DNA from: an uncultured Ignavibacteriales bacterium
Lineage (GTDB): Bacteria > Zixibacteria > MSB-5A5 > GN15 > FEB-12
Assembly: GCA_964416195.1 (NCBI GenBank)
Contig: CAYQDB010000006.1
Location: 60,765-124,764, forward strand
Length of the DNA: 64,000 bases
Reading direction: 5' to 3'
Shown here: positions 55,424-62,787 of the stretch, in pieces
Layout: every line of letters begins with the position of its first letter
Position numbering within the stretch: the stretch's first letter is position 1
The notes under the pieces: generated by a model
Told to the model about the DNA's origin: nothing
The model's database searches: none
Seen by the model: only the letters and a program-made list of their open reading frames with translations
Program-made: the position numbers and the translations under genes

Positions 55424-56520
55424 AAATCGTTGGCTTCAATTTGTTCAGATTCACACTTCCCCTTGCCCGAACGCTCACTGTGAAGGGGACAAAATTAGCT
55501 GAGAGGTCTGGTCTGGTCATCGAACTAACCGATGAACATGACCATACCGGTCTGGGTGAGGCTTCGCCGCTACCGGGGTTGAGTGCTGAAGACGTGGCTA
55601 CTGTCGAATCACAGGTAAAGTCTTTGCGCTATGCGTTAAGGAGCACAGAGATACCTGACAACCTGGAGGAGTTATCCGGTGGCTTTGCACGCTGGCTGGA
55701 GCAGTATGAAATCGCTCCATCAGTTCGCTTTGGATTTGAAACGGCGGTCTTGAATCTTATTGCTGTCGGCCGTAGGCTGCCCTTGCGCAGACTTATCTCG
55801 GACAGGTTTCGTGATTCCATTTCGACCAATGGGCTATTGGCTGGTTCTGCTAATGAAATTGTAGAGAGGGCTGTCAAGCTTCGTAGTGAAGGGTACAAAG
55901 CAGTTAAACTGAAAGTGGGGCAACGTCCCCTTGACGAAGATATCCGCCTCGCTTGTGAAGTTCGCAGGTTAATAGGTGATGACATTATCCTGCGGCTGGA
56001 CGCCAACCGCGCCTGGAGCATCGAGGATGCTCTTGCTTTTTTTCGTCAAGTGTCTGATTGCGAGATAGATTATATCGAAGAACCGGTCCACAATTACAAT
56101 ATGTTAGCCTTAATAAGTAATAAGAGTGGCTTGCTGCCTCTCGCAATGGATGAGAGTCTGTTGGAGTTGACGCCGGGATCGTTGACCCCTTTACCGAACC
56201 TAAAGGCGATCGTGTTAAAGCCGACCTTGCTGGGCCTTGAAACAAGCATGCAGTTTGCCCGCATGGCGGCATCCCTTGGTATCGTTCCTGTTGTTAGTTC
56301 GGCTTTTGAGAGCAGCCTTGGCCTGACGGCGCTGGCCGAGTTTGCAGCCTGCCTTAACGCAACCGACGTGCCGGTCGGTCTTGACACGCTTGACTGGTTC
56401 GCACAGGACCTGTTTGCAAATCCTCGTCGAATTAACAAAGGCCGACTGAATCTCTCCGAATCGGTGGTTCGTTCCAACGAACTCAGGCGAGAGCTACTGC
56501 AAGAGGTTGTGCATGACTGA
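55411..56520 (+). CDS. menC: o-succinylbenzoate synthase (enolase superfamily)
   Basis: 369 aa. The motifs are KLKVG, LRLDANRAW, IEEP and MDES (metal ligands). The start is GTG 55411 or GTG 55420 (a GTGA overlap with the menA stop). Confidence 0.8.
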   Translation: MAAVKIVGFNLFRFTLPLARTLTVKGTKLAERSGLVIELTDEHDHTGLGEASPLPGLSAEDVATVESQVKSLRYALRSTEIPDNLEELSGGFARWLEQYEIAPSVRFGFETAVLNLIAVGRRLPLRRLISDRFRDSISTNGLLAGSANEIVERAVKLRSEGYKAVKLKVGQRPLDEDIRLACEVRRLIGDDIILRLDANRAWSIEDALAFFRQVSDCEIDYIEEPVHNYNMLALISNKSGLLPLAMDESLLELTPGSLTPLPNLKAIVLKPTLLGLETSMQFARMAASLGIVPVVSSAFESSLGLTALAEFAACLNATDVPVGLDTLDWFAQDLFANPRRINKGRLNLSESVVRSNELRRELLQEVVHD

Positions 56521-57958
56521 CATTCAATGTCCGTTGGTACAAGCCGCTCGGAGATATAAAGACTTACCGGCTCTGATAACTGACAGCCACGTGGTCAGCT
56601 ATGTTGAATACAACAGTCTTGTAGCCTCCGCTGCTTCAAGATTGAGAAAAGCGGGCGTTGCCTCAGGCGAACGCGTGGCCATTGTTTCGCCCAACACTTT
56701 TGAATACCCCATTCTACTGATGGCACTGTTTCGCATCGGTGCCGTTGCCTGCCCAGTCAGCCCACGTTTACCGATAGATGCAGTTGCGGAGTACATCAAG
56801 AAAATTGGGTGTCGCAGTATTGTCAATGCGACAGATCATTCTCGAACATACCATATCATGACGTTGTCTGTCGCAGATTTTGTCGACTTCACCGGCGCTG
56901 GCGCGACGCAAGCAAGTGACTCTTCGATCTCGTTAGATCAGGACGCAACTATTATCAGCACTTCCGGCTCATCGGCACAGCCGAAGGCTGTTTTACACTC
57001 GTATTGCAACCACTATTACAGCGCGATTGGTTCAAATGAGAATATCAAGGTTCAGCCTCGTGATTGCTGGTTGCTTTCGCTCCCGCTGTATCATGTCGGC
57101 GGATTGGCAATTCTTTTTCGAGCCATACTTGGAGGCGGCGCGGTTGTGCTACCAGCTGAGGGTATGGACATCCTTGATGCTGTACAGCGATATCACATCA
57201 CCCATCTTTCACTGGTTCCAACGCAGCTTTATCGCCTCTTGAAATCACCCTCCTTCGCTTACAATACAAAACAGCTCAAAGCAGTATTGGTTGGCGGCAG
57301 CGCCATTCCGAAATCGCTCATTAAAAGAGCGTATGGGAGTGACTTGCCGCTTTTCACCACCTATGGTTTGACGGAAATGGCCTCCCAGGTGACTACGACC
57401 CCTCCGGATGATTCACTTGGCAGGCTGCTTACAAGCGGTAAGCTGCTTGAACATCGCCAGGTCAAGATTTCCACAGAGGGAGAAATCCTGGTCAAGGGTG
57501 ATACGCTTTTTCGCGGTTATGTGGACGAAGGCAATATCTCGCTTTCTCTTGACAGTGAGGGATGGTTTCGTACCGGTGATTTGGGAAACATAGATGACGC
57601 AGGCTACTTAACGGTCTTGGGACGCAAAGACAGTATGTTCATCTCCGGCGGCGAGAATATCTACCCCGAACAAATCGAAGGGGCATTATCTCTCTTGGAT
57701 GGTGTATCGGATGCAATTGTGGTGCCAGATAAGGACGACGAGTTTGGTTTCCGCCCGGTAGCCTTCGTCCGGACAACCGATAACAGGAGAACCTGCAAAA
57801 AGGACTTAGTCGCGGGGCTGGAGCAACTCTTGCCTCGTTTCAAGATTCCAATCCACTTCTACGAATGGCCTGTGACAGAACCAGGTAGTAACGTGAAGCC
57901 GGCTCGTCACTACTTCTGCGAACTGCTTGGTACCGGGGAATTGAGGGAACTTACCTGA
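56507..57958 (+). CDS. menE: o-succinylbenzoate-CoA ligase
   Basis: 483-aa adenylate-forming enzyme. The motifs are ISTSGSSAQPKAV, TYGLTE, GDLG and GRKDSMFISGGENIYPEQIE. The likely start is the ATG at 56513, which overlaps the menC stop. Confidence 0.85.
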   Translation: MCMTDIQCPLVQAARRYKDLPALITDSHVVSYVEYNSLVASAASRLRKAGVASGERVAIVSPNTFEYPILLMALFRIGAVACPVSPRLPIDAVAEYIKKIGCRSIVNATDHSRTYHIMTLSVADFVDFTGAGATQASDSSISLDQDATIISTSGSSAQPKAVLHSYCNHYYSAIGSNENIKVQPRDCWLLSLPLYHVGGLAILFRAILGGGAVVLPAEGMDILDAVQRYHITHLSLVPTQLYRLLKSPSFAYNTKQLKAVLVGGSAIPKSLIKRAYGSDLPLFTTYGLTEMASQVTTTPPDDSLGRLLTSGKLLEHRQVKISTEGEILVKGDTLFRGYVDEGNISLSLDSEGWFRTGDLGNIDDAGYLTVLGRKDSMFISGGENIYPEQIEGALSLLDGVSDAIVVPDKDDEFGFRPVAFVRTTDNRRTCKKDLVAGLEQLLPRFKIPIHFYEWPVTEPGSNVKPARHYFCELLGTGELRELT

Positions 57959-58352
57959 TGTTAGCGAGTTTCCCCCGCAGCTTCTCAGGCAGGGGGATTT
58001 TGTCCCCGCTTTTCTTTTCAACTGTCACATGAACGGTCTTGATCGTTGCAGCAATGTCTTCGTGAGTATTCTTTAAGGAATACGACAGTGCAAATGAGGT
58101 CTGTCCTATGTCTTCAACTTCCAACTCAACTGTCACTTTCTCGCCCAGTCGCAAAGGCTTTTCATAATCGGCTTCGGCGCGGGCAATCAAGACCAGAAAG
58201 TCTGCATCCTTTATAATCTGAGAGAAGCTGAATCCGATTGATTCCATAAACGCCTCGTAGGCGTCGTGAGCCATCCTGAAATAGTTACCGAAAAAGAGGA
58301 TTCCAGCAGCGTCGGTATCCGGTAGCCGCACTATAGTATTCACAGTGTACAT
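57951..58352 (-). CDS. 4HBT/YbgC-type hotdog thioesterase (candidate DHNA-CoA thioesterase)
   Basis: 133 aa with the N-terminal motif VRLPDTDAAGILFFGNYF. It converges on menE and overlaps it by 8 nt. Confidence 0.65.
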   Translation of the reverse strand: MYTVNTIVRLPDTDAAGILFFGNYFRMAHDAYEAFMESIGFSFSQIIKDADFLVLIARAEADYEKPLRLGEKVTVELEVEDIGQTSFALSYSLKNTHEDIAATIKTVHVTVEKKSGDKIPLPEKLRGKLANIR

Positions 58353-58475
58353 TATCCCAACCGCATATGACTTATGGTAATTTTCCCTATCCTATCAACC
58401 TTATAATGATTATATTAGCTGTCAATGTATGATAATGTGAACCATCGTCCAATAACTAAAAATCAAAGCAGTGAA

Positions 58476-58501
58476 GTAGGTCGGGTTCTCTGGAACCTGA
58501 C
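58476..58501 (+). repeat. solitary GTAGG-hairpin element (GTAGGTCGGGTTC-TCTG-GAACCTGAC)
   Basis: It has the same GTAGGTC...CCTGAC design as 62372-62398. The 9-bp stem contains one G-T pair. Confidence 0.6.
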
Positions 58502-58613
58502 ACTTGCCTGTCAAGGGGAGTATTATGCTATCGAGGCAAGCCCGGGATGATATAGCCAGTTTTGGGTAAAGTAGGTCTTTGCGCTGGCGGCTTTTTCGTT
58601 GTAAGTTATATCA

Positions 58614-59399
58614 ATGAATCAATTGTGGCCCACATTGGTGTTACTCGTGCTCTCTTTGATTGGCGCGGATATATGCGGAGAGCAGGTTGAGCAGACTGTT
58701 GCTACAGGAGACACCCTTGTTGAAGTGATTGAAGATTCATCGCGGTACGTAGTGTCTATCGATCGCGTCACTATAGGGGATATGAGAATCAATGACACGC
58801 TCGGGATTTTCCTCAACTCCTTCGGCAATCCAGTGGCTGCTTTCGAGCTGAAGATCGCCGTAGAGAGCCCCTTTATTGACATTGATACGGTCCTACCTGG
58901 GGAAATTCCTGATTCATGTGGCTGGGAGTTTTTTAACGCCCGGCCTGTCAATACCCAGGGTGAAGAAGGCTATCCCCCCATTGTCTGGCAGGTAGTAGCT
59001 TTGGCCGAACTCGGTCTCGGCGGCACTCAACCGGTTTGCTACGGCTTTGAGAGGCCGGCCTCCCTTGTTAAGCTGGTAGTATCAAGTGAACATGTTGCTC
59101 AGGTGCCGGATACTGTCGTCCCGATATTCTTTTTATGGGAGGATTGCACTGATAACACGATCTCCGGTATTTCCGGCAACACGCTGATCCTCTCGGCGCA
59201 GGTGTTTGACTATTTCGGTAGTGATTTCATGCAGGAACGTGGCCTTTTCCCGAACCGTACGGGGGCGCCCAACCAGTGCATCGATCCCAGTGCGCAAAAC
59301 AAACCCCGCCGCCTGATCGAGTTCCACAATGGTGGAGTGGAGTTTAAGCTGGATTTGGGTGAAGGCATCGTGGACTCTGCTGACACCTTCACTGAGTGA
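58614..59399 (+). CDS. secreted stand-alone cohesin-like domain protein (paralogue of aa 1335-1545 of the giant protein)
   Basis: 261 aa with a signal peptide (WPTLVLLVLSLIGADICG). It has AAFELKIAV. Blocks align by eye with 11301-11936: GWEFFNARPV/GWEYFTFRFG, PIFFLWEDCTDNTISGISGNTL/PISFVWYNCGDNAFSSPSGDDL, GAPNQCIDP...RRLIEFHNGGVEF/GAPDTCVEG...IRCVEFINGGICV. Confidence 0.65.
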   Translation: MNQLWPTLVLLVLSLIGADICGEQVEQTVATGDTLVEVIEDSSRYVVSIDRVTIGDMRINDTLGIFLNSFGNPVAAFELKIAVESPFIDIDTVLPGEIPDSCGWEFFNARPVNTQGEEGYPPIVWQVVALAELGLGGTQPVCYGFERPASLVKLVVSSEHVAQVPDTVVPIFFLWEDCTDNTISGISGNTLILSAQVFDYFGSDFMQERGLFPNRTGAPNQCIDPSAQNKPRRLIEFHNGGVEFKLDLGEGIVDSADTFTE

Positions 59400-59548
59400 A
59401 TACATCAAGGTAATTGTGCCCTGCGGTAGACCGTCGGTACCTCTGTCACTTACCGGCAAATCCGGTTGACAATCTGCCTTTAGACGATAAATTGCCCGGA
59501 AATCTGTGAACACTGGCACGAAGTGCCTGACTGTAAAGGGACAAACCT

Positions 59549-60748
59549 ATGCGACTATATGAATTTGAAGGTAAAGAGCTATTCAAGAAATTCAAAATCC
59601 CTGTACCGGAAAGCCATCTGATCAGCAGTGCCAATGAAGCGGTCGCTGCCGTCAATGAAATCGGTGCGCCTGCAGTGCTGAAGTCGCAGGTGCTGACAGG
59701 TGGTAGAGGTAAAGCTGGCGGCATCAAAATCGTCAAGACAGTAGACGAAGCCAAAACCTCCGCCCAAGACTTGTTTGGGCTGGCCATCAAAGGTTTTCCG
59801 GTTGAATCGCTTCTGGTCGAACTAAAACTGGACATCAAGCAAGAGTATTACATTGGGATTACAATCGACCGCGCCAACTACATGCTGGTTGTGATTGCGT
59901 CCGGTGAGGGCGGCGTTGACATTGAGGAGACTGCTGAGAAGCATCCCGAAAGGATCGTGAAAAAACCGATCAGCATCGAGGAAGAGCTGTACACGTTTGA
60001 CGCGCTTGCCATCGCCAAGCAGATCGGCATACCGGCGGCGTTACTCAAGCAGGGAGCGGCGATTATTGTCAGTCTCTATAACGTGTTCAAGAAGTACGAC
60101 GCCAAGCTGGTGGAGATAAACCCTCTCGTGCTCACTGCAGAAAACGAACTCATAGCTGCTGACAGTCGTGTCTCGCTTGATGACGACGCCGTCTTTCGCC
60201 ATTCGGAGTTGAAAGAGATGGGGATTGAGATGCGACATGAAGAAGGAGAGATGACCCCGCGCGAATGTCAGGCAACCGGGTGGGGGATACCCTATCTTGA
60301 TCTGGACGGCGACATCGGCATGTTCCCCGGTGGGGCGGGGTTTGGCATCATGGGTAATGACTTCATCCACTACTACGGCGGCAAACCGGCCAATTTCATG
60401 GACTCCGGCGGGGGGCCGACACCTGAACGACTGGCCAAAATGCTCGTGCTCCTCGATGAAAACCCCAATGTCAAGGCCATCTTTGGGGCGCGGTTTGGAG
60501 GCATCAGCCGTTGTGACGATTTCGCCAAAGGGGTAATCATGTTCCTGAAGGATCACGGCCTGTCCAAACCGATGGTTATGCGCATGACAGGCAACATGTG
60601 GCAGGAAGGGGTGCGCATCTTCGAAGAAGCAAGGCAGGCATCGCCTGAGTTATTTAAGAATGTCGAGTTTCATGGCATTGAAACTCCCATTGAAGAAATC
60701 TCCAAACGAGCTGTTGAATTAGCCGCCACACAGAAAGCGGGTAACTGA
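59549..60748 (+). CDS. sucC: succinate-CoA ligase beta-subunit-like (ATP-grasp)
   Basis: 399 aa. Motifs are MRLYEFEGKELF, VLKSQVLTGGRGKAGGIK, LVEINPLV, GGAGFGIMGND, GGKPANFMDSGGG. It is noticeably divergent from E. coli SucC, so the substrate is not certain. Confidence 0.7.
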   Translation: MRLYEFEGKELFKKFKIPVPESHLISSANEAVAAVNEIGAPAVLKSQVLTGGRGKAGGIKIVKTVDEAKTSAQDLFGLAIKGFPVESLLVELKLDIKQEYYIGITIDRANYMLVVIASGEGGVDIEETAEKHPERIVKKPISIEEELYTFDALAIAKQIGIPAALLKQGAAIIVSLYNVFKKYDAKLVEINPLVLTAENELIAADSRVSLDDDAVFRHSELKEMGIEMRHEEGEMTPRECQATGWGIPYLDLDGDIGMFPGGAGFGIMGNDFIHYYGGKPANFMDSGGGPTPERLAKMLVLLDENPNVKAIFGARFGGISRCDDFAKGVIMFLKDHGLSKPMVMRMTGNMWQEGVRIFEEARQASPELFKNVEFHGIETPIEEISKRAVELAATQKAGN

Positions 60749-61614
60749 TGGCAATCTTAGTCGATAAAAACAGCAAGGTGATGGTGCAGGGGATCACCGG
60801 CGGCGCGGGCAGGTTCCACACTGAACGGATGCTGACCTATGGTACGAATATAGTCGGTGGCACTTCACCTGGAAAAGGCGGACAGGTTGTATTTAAGAAG
60901 CCGGTATTCGATACTGTTACTGAATGCGTGGAAAACATGGGCGCCGATGTATCGGTCATTTTTCTGCCGGCACGGTTTGTCAAAGAGGCGGCTATAGAAG
61001 CGATCCGCGCTGGAATCAAGTTCCTTGTGGTTATTCCGGAACATATTCCCATTCACGACATGCTGCACGTGCGCCGTGAAGCGGTCGAGCACGGCGCTAC
61101 GGTGATTGGCGGCAACACAGCCGGTGTCATCACCCCCGGTGAGGCGAACCTCGGTATCATGCCGGACATTGCTTTTGCGCCGGGACGTGTCGGCACTGTC
61201 TCGCGATCCGGTTCAATTACGTACTACGTGGCCGACACGCTCACTCGCAGCGGGTACGGTGAGACCACTTGCGTGGGTTTAGGCGGTGATCCGGTGCTGG
61301 GGTCGACTTTCAACGAGATCCTCTGGAAGTTCGAAGAAGACGAAAAAACCAAGGCGGTTGTTTTGTGCGGTGAGATCGGCGGCGTCTATGAAGAGAAAGC
61401 GACCGAGATCATTCCCAAGATGAAGACCCCGGTGCTGGCAATTATCGGCGGCATTTTCGCCCCGCCCGGCAAGCGCATGGGCCACGCCGGTGCTATCGTT
61501 GAAGGGCGTATGGGCACGGCTAAGGAAAAGCTCGACGCTCTGGCCGCTGCCGGCGCCCATCCGTGCAAAACATTCACCGATATTCCGGAGGTGTTGAAGA
61601 GGCTGGGGGTGTAA
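60748..61614 (+). CDS. sucD: succinate-CoA ligase alpha-subunit-like
   Basis: 288 aa. Motifs are VMVQGITGGAGRFH, VSRSGSITY, CVGLGGDP and the phospho-His loop KRMGHAGAIV. The start overlaps the sucC stop (TGATG). Confidence 0.8.
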   Translation: MAILVDKNSKVMVQGITGGAGRFHTERMLTYGTNIVGGTSPGKGGQVVFKKPVFDTVTECVENMGADVSVIFLPARFVKEAAIEAIRAGIKFLVVIPEHIPIHDMLHVRREAVEHGATVIGGNTAGVITPGEANLGIMPDIAFAPGRVGTVSRSGSITYYVADTLTRSGYGETTCVGLGGDPVLGSTFNEILWKFEEDEKTKAVVLCGEIGGVYEEKATEIIPKMKTPVLAIIGGIFAPPGKRMGHAGAIVEGRMGTAKEKLDALAAAGAHPCKTFTDIPEVLKRLGV

Positions 61615-61651
61615 GAATTAGTTTTCGGATCAATAAGGTGAAGGAGAGCAC

Positions 61652-62278
61652 TTGAGCATTTTACTTACAATAGCAGCCTTGATTGTAGCTGCTGCAGTAG
61701 CGTATTCGCTGCTTGTTTACAAAAGAGCACGAAGCGAAATGTGGGCATGGTGGCACACTTTTACATCTCTCTCGCTTTCCTTCGCACTAGGATGGGTCAT
61801 TGCTATCTGGCTGTTTCAATATGAGACGCAAAAGACTGACTCAGAAAGGAAGACACTTTTATCTAAACTGGTCGATCAGGAGATGGCACATATCATTTTA
61901 CAGTTCGAGGTGATCTCTCGATCTACGTTTGTGTTCTCGGATACTACGTTAGAGTTCAGTTACTTGCACTTTGAACCAATTGGACTTGAAGAAGCAGCTA
62001 AGAGCGGTTTGTTTGAAGATCATCTAACGTTGCGAATGTTGGTTCTCTCTAAAGAACTACGAGAATTCAATAGCACCGCGGATTTTGCTACTTCACTCTT
62101 GCCCCTTCTTTCCCAAGGAACGAAACATGAAATGGTGTTGAAGTTCGCCTTTTCCAGACTTGATCTACTGGGGTCAGAAATCATCAAGCATTCGAGACAG
62201 TTGAGGGAAAAGCTTGGCCTGCCACCTGTACGACAAGTGATAGACACAACATCATTTCAGATATACAGATTCGACTAA
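61652..62278 (+). CDS. hypothetical membrane protein (2 N-terminal TM + soluble domain), orphan
   Basis: 208-aa ORF with a TTG start. I recognise no motif. A hairpin array follows it. Confidence 0.4.
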   Translation: MSILLTIAALIVAAAVAYSLLVYKRARSEMWAWWHTFTSLSLSFALGWVIAIWLFQYETQKTDSERKTLLSKLVDQEMAHIILQFEVISRSTFVFSDTTLEFSYLHFEPIGLEEAAKSGLFEDHLTLRMLVLSKELREFNSTADFATSLLPLLSQGTKHEMVLKFAFSRLDLLGSEIIKHSRQLREKLGLPPVRQVIDTTSFQIYRFD

Positions 62279-62292
62279 GAATGGCCGGATGC

Positions 62293-62310
62293 CCCACAGC
62301 TTGCTGTGGG
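62293..62310. repeat. hairpin element CCCACAGCTTGCTGTGGG, family member 2 of 2
   Basis: Compensatory variant of 1694-1711. Confidence 0.8.
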
Positions 62311-62371
62311 AAGCTTCAAACCATATACTTCTTCTGTAATTAGAATTCGTCGCTTTGATGAACTATAAGGA

Positions 62372-62439
62372 GTAGGTCAGGAGGCTTGTCCTCCTGACTC
62401 CTTAAAGAAAATGTCAGGACCACGAGTGTCCTGACCTAC
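62372..62439. repeat. GTAGG...CCTAC double-hairpin unit (REP-like)
   Basis: GTAG-GTCAGGAGG-CTTGT-CCTCCTGAC ... GTCAGGAC-CACGAGT-GTCCTGAC-CTAC, with stems of 9 and 8 bp. Confidence 0.8.
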
Positions 62440-62446
62440 TCGATCT

Positions 62447-62471
62447 GGATTCCTGCTTTCGCAGGAATGAC
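62447..62471. repeat. hairpin GGATTCCTGCTTTCGCAGGAATGAC (GTCATTCC-family module)
   Basis: Its reverse complement GTCATTCCTGCGAAAGCAGGAATCC is nearly identical to the module at 26003-26026. Confidence 0.75.
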
Positions 62472-62501
62472 ACCGGACGGCTCACCATGACAAGAGGCTC
62501 C

Positions 62502-62521
62502 GGCAGATGTGGACATCTGCC
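62502..62521. repeat. palindrome GGCAGATGTGGACATCTGCC, third copy (flanks differ)
   Basis: Same 20-nt core as in 1908-1937 and 12893-12922. Confidence 0.8.
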
Positions 62522-62787
62522 GGGCACAGAGACTGTGACATATGCCGCAAACGGGATTATCGGCCAATTCTTTTTCACTAAAAAAAGTCATTACGGTGAC
62601 CAAAATGCTATTATATTAATGATATGAAGCGGCAATTTAGGCATACCAGCCTGGTGACAATGAATAGCCTAACATTGTTTAGAGATACGCATCTTGGTCT
62701 TGATTACCACCGCCGCCGGGTCAAACAAGTGACGTAACATAATCTCCTTGTTAGCAGATACCGAAACGCAAAAGCAAGGAGGTAATA

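Noticed and set aside
59514-59529. Sigma54-like TGGCACGAAGTGCCT upstream of sucC. A second TGGCAC lies on the minus strand at 48677-48682, upstream of ORF 48081-48593.
   Set aside because: The GC of the -12 element is displaced by 2 nt relative to the strict TGGCAC-N5-TTGC spacing in both cases. The only bEBP-like protein here also lacks GAFTGA.
62293-62521. Possible CRISPR array (clustered palindromic repeats); the same was considered for 1694-1937
   Set aside because: The hairpins are all different from one another. They are not regularly spaced identical direct repeats separated by unique spacers, and no cas genes are in the window.
62624-62737. 37-codon ORF (MKRQFRHTSLVTMNSLTLFRDTHLGLDYHRRRVKQVT) ending 50 nt before the tryptophanase-family gene, considered as a TnaC-like leader peptide
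   Set aside because: It contains no Trp codon (the key feature of TnaC), has no SD, and is not followed by an obvious Rho-site or terminator arrangement. I cannot support it from sequence alone.
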